Made by a program: the position numbers and the translations under genes. The notes beneath the pieces were generated by a model. That model was not told the origin of the DNA, did not search any database, and was given only the letters and a program-made list of their open reading frames with translations. Below, piece by piece: positions 21,077-30,317 of a stretch of DNA of 64,000 nucleotides (the first letter of the stretch is position 1; each line of letters begins with the position of its first letter). Source of the stretch: Planctomycetota bacterium (GTDB taxonomy: Bacteria > Planctomycetota > UBA11346). The DNA lies in NCBI GenBank assembly GCA_028280785.1, contig JANQLF010000122.1, positions 23,627 to 87,626 of the forward strand, written 5' to 3'.

Positions 21077-21412
21077 GACAGCTTTCCTTATTTAAAACAA
21101 TTGTTCGGCCCACCAGGACCACCAAGTAAGACGGACAAGGTGTCCGCGTTTTGGCGCTGATAGACCCAAAACCAGAGTGCTAGAGAGCAACTTGGGCACC
21201 AAGACCACTTGGGACACAAGATAAAAAGCAGAGTACGGTGCTGGGGAAAGGCAGCACCCAAAGTCTTGCCAGTTTTTTTGTTCTTTGCCTTCCTCAGAAG
21301 TGGACGCGGTGGGCAAGGTGTCCAACCCCACACGGAAGCATTTCTGCTGGGAAAAATACACAAAAGCCATGGCCACTTTGCGGCTCGTGCAAAGTGGCCA
21401 GGGTGGACAACG

Positions 21413-21895
21413 CTAAGCATCACTGCTGAACACTTTGTTCAGTAATGCATCTGCTGCATCAACTTCTACGCAGAGTGTTAAATCAAAATAGAACGCCACA
21501 TCAAGTGCATTCGATAGTAAGGAATCATCAATAGTTGCTGGCTCAATGTCCTTTGGTTTCTTAGCGGCATGTCGCTGTTGATTTCTTACATGAATCCAAT
21601 GCTCAATATCTGCTGATCGCATATTTATGCTCATCGCATAGATGTGTTGTGCTGTCAAAAGCTCACCATGACTCAGACTATGTAGACCAGTTCCCTTCAA
21701 TCCGGGCCGCTTACTAAATAATACAGGCTTGGCATCATCATGCTCGGTAAAGTAATCGTTGGTATGCAATACAATTCCGCACAACAGCATATGGAAATAG
21801 GTAGGATCACGGTTCTTTTTGCCCGATGGCAATGGGCCATCTAGGTCATAATTATTGAGGTCTATATCAGGGATATCAATCACGGCTGTCTCCAT
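21413..21895 (-). CDS. Hypothetical protein (island)
   Basis: 160-aa ORF overlapping the upstream gene in the leftward operon. Confidence 0.65.
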   Translation of the reverse strand: METAVIDIPDIDLNNYDLDGPLPSGKKNRDPTYFHMLLCGIVLHTNDYFTEHDDAKPVLFSKRPGLKGTGLHSLSHGELLTAQHIYAMSINMRSADIEHWIHVRNQQRHAAKKPKDIEPATIDDSLLSNALDVAFYFDLTLCVEVDAADALLNKVFSSDA

Positions 21896-22214
21896 CCAAA
21901 TACACTTCAGTGATCCAAATCTCTGTGCGCTTAATTAACTCATTCAAACAGTATGTTTCCAGTGCAGGATGACCTTCATCCCGTAAGCCACATATAATTG
22001 TTCTTATCTTTAATGGGTCCAAGCCTGCATTTTTATACTCACGTATGCATTCTTTGACATTATCTTCGACAATTTTTTTAATACTGCTTACCATATCTAT
22101 AGTATAGACAGCATTGCCTTTAGGGTCTGGAGATCCTCCTGTTAAATCCTTGGAACCTTCGATGATCGAAGCAAGCTCCCATGAGCGATCTTCATTTCGT
22201 TGCTTTTCCTGCAT
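21876..22214 (-). CDS. Hypothetical protein (island)
   Basis: AAGGAG RBS before ATG; 112 aa. Confidence 0.7.
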   Translation of the reverse strand: MQEKQRNEDRSWELASIIEGSKDLTGGSPDPKGNAVYTIDMVSSIKKIVEDNVKECIREYKNAGLDPLKIRTIICGLRDEGHPALETYCLNELIKRTEIWITEVYLDGDSRD

Positions 22215-22235
22215 AATTTCTCCTTAGTTACAGGG

Positions 22236-22601
22236 TTAATTGATTGATCTGTTTGAATGGTGCTTCTTATACCAAGCAGCAGCATCGGACTGGTCGATGA
22301 GCCAGATTGACTTGCCGCCAGACTCGACTTTTTCTCCATGCAACTGCCCTGAGTTAAGAGCGTCGTATACAACCTTACGCTTAAGCTTGTACATCTTCCG
22401 GACCTGGGCACCGGAAAGCTTGGTGCTGCGGTTTGCCACGCAGTCCTCGATGAGCCCCGGCAGATCTCTGTAGATCGACTCACGCAATGACGTATGCTCT
22501 GCCTTAAGAGCTAATGCGAATTGCTGAAGGGCTGCAATTATTGAAGTTAATGGCTGATGAAATGGATCATCTGATTTACAACGGCGGTTGTTCATGGTCA
22601 T
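22236..22601 (-). CDS. Excisionase/AlpA-like winged-HTH protein
   Basis: LSGAQVRKMYKLKRKVVYDALNSGQLHGEK...WLIDQSDAAAW resembles Xis/HTH_17. Confidence 0.7.
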   Translation of the reverse strand: MTMNNRRCKSDDPFHQPLTSIIAALQQFALALKAEHTSLRESIYRDLPGLIEDCVANRSTKLSGAQVRKMYKLKRKVVYDALNSGQLHGEKVESGGKSIWLIDQSDAAAWYKKHHSNRSIN

Positions 22602-22775
22602 GAGTGGAGGTCATACAGACGACAACTACATTGGCTAAACCCAATCCCAAAAGAGACGCCGGAAATGTCAAAAGGAGCGACTTTTGACATATTGCCACTG
22701 TATTCCAGAGATACACCTATCAGCGCCGCTAACCAAGTTTACAATTGCGGGCATAAGCCAACAAGGAGTCAAACT

Positions 22776-23735
22776 ATGACAAAGGAAAAGATTTTCCTGG
22801 ACCGCAAAAAGGTTATGGACATTGCAAGCAAGAAATTTAGCGAACCAATTATTACTAATTTAGGACATGCAGCATTTCCAGGTTTAAGTAGTGGACCCAG
22901 CTATGTCTCCCGTGCAATTGGGGAGCCCAGAAACAATAGCACCACCAACCGATGGATAACGGTCGGTCAGGCTATAGCCATTGCCAATGCGATTGGAGTT
23001 ACTGACTGGAAAGAGCTGAAGTCTACGACATTCGATGACCAATTAAGCCTTCTAGCAACCACACTACAGTCAGAGGTAAGAGAGAGCGATAGATTTTACG
23101 ATGCCTACTTTCATGGCGAGGAGAGTTTCAACTTTAACATCGATTTAAACCTATGGGAATTTCTCATCATTGCAAAATCCATTAAAAGCCTGCCCGATAC
23201 AGTACAAAAAGACCACTTCCACAGCCACAAAACCCTTAAAGAGAAATTGATCAGTGCACTCATGAAATCTCCCTTATTGAAGCCCGACAGATCCCACGGG
23301 GTAAACAATGAAAATTTTGAATGGGATGCTTTACTTACAGCTGCAGAGGGATTAATAGACACGTTGGAATATGAGTCATGGAATAAAATGAGAACCGAGA
23401 ATTTACTCGATCATTACTCCAATGACCCGGAGGCAGTTAAGCTGATTTCAAAAGAAAAACGCCATGGCTTGAAACGGCTTTCAAAGGACATCGATAAGAT
23501 CACCCGAAAAATCCTTTCAGAAGAGCTTGATAAAAATAATTACATCAATGTTAGCAGATGGCACCAATGGAAAAACAACTCTGAAGGCCGAGAATTTCTG
23601 AAATATTTACACGATCACATCGCGTTCATCCCCCAAATTAGTAGCGCTGAGGATGAGGACTATGATTACTATATCGAAGATCAGTGGTCTGTGATCGAGG
23701 CCGCTCAACGGATTCTACACGCGGTATTAAGCTAA
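22776..23735 (+). CDS. Putative repressor: XRE-like HTH plus helical C-terminal domain
   Basis: YVSRAIG...ITVGQAIAIANAIGV; divergent from the xis-like gene; AAGGAG before ATG 22776. Confidence 0.6.
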   Translation: MTKEKIFLDRKKVMDIASKKFSEPIITNLGHAAFPGLSSGPSYVSRAIGEPRNNSTTNRWITVGQAIAIANAIGVTDWKELKSTTFDDQLSLLATTLQSEVRESDRFYDAYFHGEESFNFNIDLNLWEFLIIAKSIKSLPDTVQKDHFHSHKTLKEKLISALMKSPLLKPDRSHGVNNENFEWDALLTAAEGLIDTLEYESWNKMRTENLLDHYSNDPEAVKLISKEKRHGLKRLSKDIDKITRKILSEELDKNNYINVSRWHQWKNNSEGREFLKYLHDHIAFIPQISSAEDEDYDYYIEDQWSVIEAAQRILHAVLS

Positions 23736-23867
23736 CTAGTGTCAAAGCTGAGTTGATTTGACACTTTAAATCTGAGTCAGAATTATTTTACATGCAGAAA
23801 TGTATTTATAGATAAATTGCGGAGTAAATCGCAGAATCTATAATTCATTTCAATCGGAATTAGTAAA

Positions 23868-25037
23868 ATGCCTGACCCAAGAAAAAAAGACCCAACTCTG
23901 CCTCGTGGCGTGACCATAGAAGACCAATGGGAAAAACGACGACGACTTGGAAAGCCGGTTAACCCCGGCGTGCGGCGATACCTAGCAAAAGCCCTAATCG
24001 GTGGGACTAAATATAAATCCAAAGTGTTTGATAAACGCCGCGACGCTATCGACTGGGCTACCGCTACCGTCGCTCGTATACAAGCAGGACTCGACACAGG
24101 CAGATGCTGCCTTGTGGTAACATACTTGGATGAATATCTTTCGGAATTAAAAAGTCGCCGCCTGTCAGAAGGTTATATTAGACAAGCTGAAGACACACTC
24201 CAATTACTGCATAACAATGGCGCGAAGGACTTAAACAATCCATCATTCATACACACTGCAAAATTGATATTATATAATAAAAAAGCCCTGAAGACCAACA
24301 GAGATGGGTCTGTACGCCGCCAAACACAGTTAAAATTATCACCGTCTACAATTAACAGATACATTGCCCAGGCCAAGACATTCTCAACTTGGTGTAGTGA
24401 CAATGGATATGCAAATCGAGATGTATTAGCGCCGTTAAAGAAGCTACGTGAAGTAAAGAAAAACAAGCCCGTCCTGACTGTGTCAGAGCTCAAGCGTCTA
24501 CTAAATGACGAAAATAGTCACCATTCATTTTGGTTGATGACATGCCTGATGTGCTACCTCGGCTTACGTTGCGGTGAAGCGGCGGGCCTTCGAACTGCCG
24601 ACATTCTCTTCGAAGAAGAAATTGTTCGAGTCTGCATGCCGGATGGCCATGGGATGAAATTAAAATGGCAAAAAGAACGTCTAGTGCCTCTACAACCAGA
24701 ATTAGCTGAGATACTTCGTAAGCAAATGGATCCAAAGGCCAAATACGTGGTAAAGTCTGATAGACCACGAAAGGACAAGACCAAGTGGCGGACTGACTTC
24801 GACCAACTTCTAAGACTGGCAGGAATCACTAAGCGACCAGGGCTCAGCCCTCACAGTTGCAGACATACTTACATATCGCTTATGGTTGCCCATACAGGTG
24901 ACATGCGAAAGGTCCAAAAGAGCGTTGGCCATCAAAGCATCGTCACTACAGAAAAGTACGCTGAAAGTGCAGATGCCTACTACATATTTGTAAAAGACTG
25001 GCCCAAGGACCAGTATCTACACTTGCGCAACTTGTAG
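23868..25037 (+). CDS. Tyrosine recombinase/integrase 2
   Basis: LGLRCGE, K, HSCRH, VGH, TEKY. Confidence 0.93.
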   Translation: MPDPRKKDPTLPRGVTIEDQWEKRRRLGKPVNPGVRRYLAKALIGGTKYKSKVFDKRRDAIDWATATVARIQAGLDTGRCCLVVTYLDEYLSELKSRRLSEGYIRQAEDTLQLLHNNGAKDLNNPSFIHTAKLILYNKKALKTNRDGSVRRQTQLKLSPSTINRYIAQAKTFSTWCSDNGYANRDVLAPLKKLREVKKNKPVLTVSELKRLLNDENSHHSFWLMTCLMCYLGLRCGEAAGLRTADILFEEEIVRVCMPDGHGMKLKWQKERLVPLQPELAEILRKQMDPKAKYVVKSDRPRKDKTKWRTDFDQLLRLAGITKRPGLSPHSCRHTYISLMVAHTGDMRKVQKSVGHQSIVTTEKYAESADAYYIFVKDWPKDQYLHLRNL

Positions 25038-25220
25038 CACTGACTTGCTATGACGTTAGTACAAGTGAGCACAGTAGGTTATAGCGAAGACTGGGAGGAA
25101 GGATTATCTGCACCTGTACTCCTAATCCATCTAGCTATTGCTAAGGCCTCATTGGACTTACGTCATTCAAGAGACAGAATCCCTCATGTAACATTAAGCT
25201 GCCGCCTAAGGATGTACTAC

Positions 25221-28200
25221 ATGAGCGCTCTTTCCGACCTTCTTGACGATTATCGAAACAAATCACAAACCGAGCGCGAAAAAGGCACCTATTTTGAAGA
25301 GCTGATTAGGACCTATTTCAGGTTTGAAGCGACCTATAAGGATCTATACAGCGATGTGTGGCTATACTCAGACTGGGCCAAAGAGCAGGGACTAGATCAA
25401 AGGGATACTGGAATTGACCTAGTTGCCAAAACACATGCAACAAATGAATTCCATGCCATTCAATGCAAATGCTTCGCTGAAGATTACAAAGTTCAAAAAA
25501 AGGATATTGATAGTTTTTTCACGGCTTCCGGAAAGAAGCCATTTTCACACCGGATCATAGTTACCACAACTAATCTCTGGAGTGAACACGCAGATGATTC
25601 CCTTCGGGATCAACAATTATCAGTTAATAAAATTGACCTCCACGATCTTGAGAATAGTCAAATCGACTGGGCCAAATATAAATCCGACAACAAACCTATA
25701 CTAAAGAAAAAGAAAACTCTTCGGCGACACCAAGAAACTGCGCTCTCAAACGTTGTATCTGGGCTCAATAAAGCAGACCGTGGTAAGCTGATTATGGCCT
25801 GTGGGACAGGTAAAACTTTTACCAGCTTAAAAATAGCTGAACAAATGGCCGGAAAAGGGAAAAGAGTATTGTTTCTGGTCCCGAGCTTGTCTCTACTTAG
25901 TCAAACCTTAACTGAATGGACTCAGCAATCTGAAACGCCAATGCATAATTTTGCAGTTTGTTCGGATAGTGCTGTAGGAAAAAAACGAAAGAAAGATGAT
26001 GATATAGTTCAAACTTTCATGCACGAACTTAGGTATCCAGCAACCACTGATCCCAAGCGCTTGGCTGGTGAAATGAAGAAAAGACACGATGATCAGCATA
26101 TGAGCGTTGTGTATTCAACCTATCACTCAATTGAAGTGATTAATCAAGCACAAAAAAATCATGCACTAGATGATTTTGATCTGATTATATGTGATGAGGC
26201 CCATCGAACTACAGGAGCTACATTCGAAGACGAAAGTGAAAGCAACTTCGTGAAGATTCACGATTCGGGTTTCATTAAATCCAAGAAACGTTTGTATATG
26301 ACAGCAACACCAAGAATTTATGGTGATAGTGCAAAGGCTACTGCCGAAAAAGACAATGTTGCAATATGCTCTATGGATGACGAGAAATTATACGGTAAAG
26401 AACTTCACGTAATAACATTCTCAGAATCTGTTAAACTAGGGCTGCTCACAGACTATAAAGTGATCGTCCTTTCGATTGATGAAGAACATGTTAGCTCAAG
26501 AATACAAAATTTATTAAAAGATGATAATAACCAGTTAAAGGTAGATGATGCTGCCAAAATTATTGGCTGCTGGAAAGCACTCAGCAAACAAGGGATGGAG
26601 GAGGATTTGATCCTTGATCCCAAACCAATGAAAAGGTCTGTTGCATTTTGTCAAGTTATTGACCCAAAATCTGGAAGAAGCCACAAGGTCAGCTCTAAAC
26701 AGATTTCATCAATGTTCCAAGAAGTGGTTGAAGCGTACCAAGAACAGGAAGAAGAACACAATACACTGATATGTGAGGCAAGGCATATCGACGGGAGCAT
26801 GAATGCCAGTGAAAAGACTGAAAAGATTGATTGGTTAAAATCAGAGCCAGCCGAAGACACTAGTCATATCCTCAGTAATGTCCGCTGCCTCTCCGAAGGC
26901 GTTGATATTCCAGCACTAGATGCAGTTCTTTTTCTCACACCCAGGAATTCTCAGATTGATGTTGTCCAATCAGTTGGCCGTGTAATGCGGAATGCCGATG
27001 GCAAAAACAAAGGGTATGTAATTTTACCTGTCGTAATACCAATGGGCATGACTCCCTCTGAAGCTTTGAATGACAATAAAGTATACAAGGTTGTTTGGGA
27101 GGTCTTACAAGCTCTAAGATCTCACGATGACCGCTTTGATGCAATGATAAACAAGTTGGATCTAATCGGCAAAGATACAAGCAAAATGGAAGTCATTGCA
27201 ATAACAGACAAAGTTCAACGAAAGGCAAAAAAGAAGAAAAAACAAGCTGGCAAAGGTAGCAGCACCATTGGCAGCCCAGATCTAAACAACATTCCCACAC
27301 AAATGGACATACAATTCGAAGTTGGTGAAGTGGAACGAGCGTTATATGCAAAAGTGGTTAAAAAATGCGGAAACAGAAACCACTGGGAAGATTGGGCAAA
27401 AGATATTGCTAAAATAGCAAAAACTCATATTGCTAGAATTACAACCATAATAAGGGATAAAAGCAATAAAATAGAAAGAAAGTCCTTCTTTGCGTTCGCA
27501 GAAGAACTTCGAGATGATTTAAACGATAGTATAACTGATGATGAAGTAATAGAAATGCTTTCACAGCATTTGATTACTAAACCCGTATTTGATGCGTTGT
27601 TCAAGGACTATAGTTTTGCTAATAACAACCCCGTATCTCAGGCAATGCAACAAGTATTGGATACTCTCCAAGAACATCGATTGGACAAAGAGACGGATAC
27701 CTTAGATCGTTTTTATTCAAGCGTTCAATTACGTGCAGAGGGCATTGATAGCGCCGAAGGGAAACAAAGGATAATACTTGAACTGTACGATAAATTCTTC
27801 CGTAATGCATTTCCTCGGATGACCGAACGATTAGGCATCGTCTACACACCTGTTGAGGTAGTAGACTTCATAATACACAGTGTTAATGACCTACTTAAAT
27901 CACAGTTCAAACAGACATTAAATAACCAGGGAGTGCACATTATAGATCCCTTTACCGGAACTGGAACATTTGTCACTCGATTGCTTCAAAGTGGTTTAAT
28001 AAAACAAGAGAACCTTAAAGAAAAATACATGAAAGAAATTCATGCAAATGAAATTGTTTTACTAGCCTATTACATAGCCGCCATAAATATTGAATCGGTT
28101 TATTATAGCATCGTTGGCGGCGAGCATAAGACCTTCAATAACATATGCCTAACAGATACTTTTCAGCTGCATGAAAAAGATGATACCATAAGCGGTTTAT

Positions 28201-30080
28201 TGGAAGACAATAGCGACAGAAGGATTAAGCAAAAAAAATTAGACATAAGGGTGATTATGGGCAACCCACCCTATTCAGCAATACAATCGAGCGAGAATGA
28301 TAACAACAAAAAAACTGGTTACCCAAATCTTGACGGGAGAATTCGAGATACATTCGCGCTTGGCTCAAGCGGTGTACTCAAAAATGCCTTGTATGACTCA
28401 TATGTAAGAGCAATGAGATGGGCGATAGATCGTATCGGCAATAAAGGTATTATAGGATTTGTAACTGGCAGCGCCTGGATTGACAGGACATTTGCCGATG
28501 TGATGAGAAAATGCTTGGCTGAAGAATGTACAAGCATTTACATAGTGGACCTAAGGGGCGATATTAGAAAAAATATGCTAAGTAAGGGAGCAGCAAAGCA
28601 GGGAGGCAATATATTTGGGTCAAGCAGCATGACTGGGATCGCCGTTACATTTTTTGTTAAAAACCCTTCTTCATCTAAAAAGAGCAAGATCTACTATTTA
28701 GATATTGGTGAAGATCTTAGCAGTGAGGACAAATTAAATGAGTTATTGCGCCTTAAGAGCTGCAATAATATTTCGGAATTAGGTCTTTGGTCTGAGTTGA
28801 TCCCGGATAAGTATAACGATTGGATTAATCAACGTGACGACAAGTTTGAGTCATACCCGGTCATTGGGAGCAAGAAAAAAGACTCCGGGGTGACTATTTT
28901 CAATGTATATTCGGGCGGCGTAAAAACCAATCGCGATGCATGGTGCTATAATTTCTCTCGAGAATCTGTCGCACATAATATGTCTAATATGGCCGATTTT
29001 TACAACAGTGAGATGATGAGGTACAAAAAACATTGTGAGCGCACCCCCAAGGATCGGAGGACTCCGGTTGATGAATTTATAGATAACAACCCTAAAAACA
29101 TTAGCTGGACAAGAGAATTAAAGAGAGATCTTTTGAATGGAAAAGATCGCCCCTATAATGAATCCGCTATTAGAATGGCACATTATAGACCATTTATAAA
29201 ATGCTGGATGTATTTTGATAGATACTATAACAACTGTATTTACCAGATGCCTAAATTATTCCCGAATCCAGATTCTGCCAATAAGATAATTTGTGTCTCC
29301 GGTATTGGGTCCAGGAGCGGATTTTCTGCTTTAATGGTTGATGCCGTTCCTTGCTTGGACATGATCGAAAAAGGGCAGTGTTTCCCAATTATTCAATATA
29401 AAGAAAGTGAAGAATCTACACAAACAACTTTCATAAACCAAGAAAATTCTACTGAAATTCCTGCTATCACCAGCGAGGGACTTGAGTATTTTCGTAGGAA
29501 TTTGACGGAAATTGAAGTGGATGAAAGTGATGTCTTTTACTATGTCTATGGATTACTTCACAGTAGAGACTATGTGAAAAAATTTGGGAAAAACCTCATA
29601 AAGGAACTGCCTAGAATTCCATGCCCCAAAGAATCTGATGACTTTAAAACATATTCAGTTAACGGAAAGAAACTTTCTGAATTACATCTAAACTATGAAT
29701 CAGTAGAGTGTTATCCTGCTAAAATTGAGACATCTGTTGATAGACTTAGACCCGATCATTACCTAGTCGATAAGATGAAGTTTAAAACCAAAAAAGACAA
29801 GACCATTATTGTGTACAATGAGTTTATCACAATAAATGGGATTCCTGAAAAAGCGTACGATTATCTGGTCAGCGGCAAACCCGCCATAACCTGGGTGATG
29901 GAGAGACAGTCTAAATCAGTTGACAAAAAAAGTGGAATCGTAAATGATGCGAATAATTGGGCTACTGACACAATTGGTAACCATAAGTATCCCCTAGAGT
30001 TACTTCTGCGTGTCGTCACTGTCAGCTTGCAAACACTGAACATTATTGACGATCTACCAAGCATCGAATTTATTGATTGA
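25221..30080 (+). CDS. Type ISP single-polypeptide restriction-modification enzyme (LlaBIII/LlaGI-like)
   Basis: Mrr-like nuclease GIDLV..IQCK; SF2 helicase MACGTGKT, DEAH, MTATP, QSVGRVMR; N6-adenine MTase IDPFTGTG and NPPY; C-terminal TRD; start likely MSALSD. Confidence 0.93.
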   Translation: MSALSDLLDDYRNKSQTEREKGTYFEELIRTYFRFEATYKDLYSDVWLYSDWAKEQGLDQRDTGIDLVAKTHATNEFHAIQCKCFAEDYKVQKKDIDSFFTASGKKPFSHRIIVTTTNLWSEHADDSLRDQQLSVNKIDLHDLENSQIDWAKYKSDNKPILKKKKTLRRHQETALSNVVSGLNKADRGKLIMACGTGKTFTSLKIAEQMAGKGKRVLFLVPSLSLLSQTLTEWTQQSETPMHNFAVCSDSAVGKKRKKDDDIVQTFMHELRYPATTDPKRLAGEMKKRHDDQHMSVVYSTYHSIEVINQAQKNHALDDFDLIICDEAHRTTGATFEDESESNFVKIHDSGFIKSKKRLYMTATPRIYGDSAKATAEKDNVAICSMDDEKLYGKELHVITFSESVKLGLLTDYKVIVLSIDEEHVSSRIQNLLKDDNNQLKVDDAAKIIGCWKALSKQGMEEDLILDPKPMKRSVAFCQVIDPKSGRSHKVSSKQISSMFQEVVEAYQEQEEEHNTLICEARHIDGSMNASEKTEKIDWLKSEPAEDTSHILSNVRCLSEGVDIPALDAVLFLTPRNSQIDVVQSVGRVMRNADGKNKGYVILPVVIPMGMTPSEALNDNKVYKVVWEVLQALRSHDDRFDAMINKLDLIGKDTSKMEVIAITDKVQRKAKKKKKQAGKGSSTIGSPDLNNIPTQMDIQFEVGEVERALYAKVVKKCGNRNHWEDWAKDIAKIAKTHIARITTIIRDKSNKIERKSFFAFAEELRDDLNDSITDDEVIEMLSQHLITKPVFDALFKDYSFANNNPVSQAMQQVLDTLQEHRLDKETDTLDRFYSSVQLRAEGIDSAEGKQRIILELYDKFFRNAFPRMTERLGIVYTPVEVVDFIIHSVNDLLKSQFKQTLNNQGVHIIDPFTGTGTFVTRLLQSGLIKQENLKEKYMKEIHANEIVLLAYYIAAINIESVYYSIVGGEHKTFNNICLTDTFQLHEKDDTISGLLEDNSDRRIKQKKLDIRVIMGNPPYSAIQSSENDNNKKTGYPNLDGRIRDTFALGSSGVLKNALYDSYVRAMRWAIDRIGNKGIIGFVTGSAWIDRTFADVMRKCLAEECTSIYIVDLRGDIRKNMLSKGAAKQGGNIFGSSSMTGIAVTFFVKNPSSSKKSKIYYLDIGEDLSSEDKLNELLRLKSCNNISELGLWSELIPDKYNDWINQRDDKFESYPVIGSKKKDSGVTIFNVYSGGVKTNRDAWCYNFSRESVAHNMSNMADFYNSEMMRYKKHCERTPKDRRTPVDEFIDNNPKNISWTRELKRDLLNGKDRPYNESAIRMAHYRPFIKCWMYFDRYYNNCIYQMPKLFPNPDSANKIICVSGIGSRSGFSALMVDAVPCLDMIEKGQCFPIIQYKESEESTQTTFINQENSTEIPAITSEGLEYFRRNLTEIEVDESDVFYYVYGLLHSRDYVKKFGKNLIKELPRIPCPKESDDFKTYSVNGKKLSELHLNYESVECYPAKIETSVDRLRPDHYLVDKMKFKTKKDKTIIVYNEFITINGIPEKAYDYLVSGKPAITWVMERQSKSVDKKSGIVNDANNWATDTIGNHKYPLELLLRVVTVSLQTLNIIDDLPSIEFID

Positions 30081-30177
30081 AGCGTAATTGAAATATGACA
30101 TACACATCCAGGACTGTAAAAAATGTAAATTTAAATGACATGCCGTAACCTTACAGTCCTCAACATATATTTCCCTT

Positions 30178-30225
30178 CTTGCCATGCTGTAGGTCGTGAG
30201 TTCGAGTCTCATCACCCGCTCCAAA
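30178..30225 (+). repeat. attR (displaced 3' part of tRNA-Gly)
   Basis: 48/48 identity to 12075-12122. Confidence 0.95.
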
Positions 30226-30262
30226 GAAAAAGCCCTTCGATTATTCGAAGGGCTTTTTCTTT
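30224..30262 (+). terminator. Bidirectional intrinsic terminator (probably the native tRNA terminator)
   Basis: AAGAAAAAGCCCTTCGA-TTAT-TCGAAGGGCTTTTTCTT. Confidence 0.88.
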
Positions 30263-30317
30263 ATAAAACAAATGGATGTAGAGTGTGACTTGAACTCACA
30301 ACTTACCAAGCCTGACA

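Larger units (their letters stand above)
12075..30225. mobile_element. ~18 kb genomic island integrated in tRNA-Gly (satellite/IME-like, with defence cargo)
   Basis: Identical 48-bp direct repeats at 12075-12122 and 30178-30225; two tyrosine recombinases, an excisionase-like HTH, a DUF927 helicase; codon usage differs from the host. Confidence 0.95.

Noticed and set aside
21088..21445. Four overlapping short ORFs
   Set aside because: They conflict with each other, show no motifs and overlie repeats and hairpins; likely non-coding.
25050..25220. Long N-terminal extensions in the ORF track (also starts at 514, 13767, 18207, 22665)
   Set aside because: Downstream ATGs match family N-termini and/or have better ribosome-binding sites.
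12075..30225. Island as an intact prophage or ICE
   Set aside because: No capsid, tail, terminase, lysis, relaxase or T4SS genes are recognisable.
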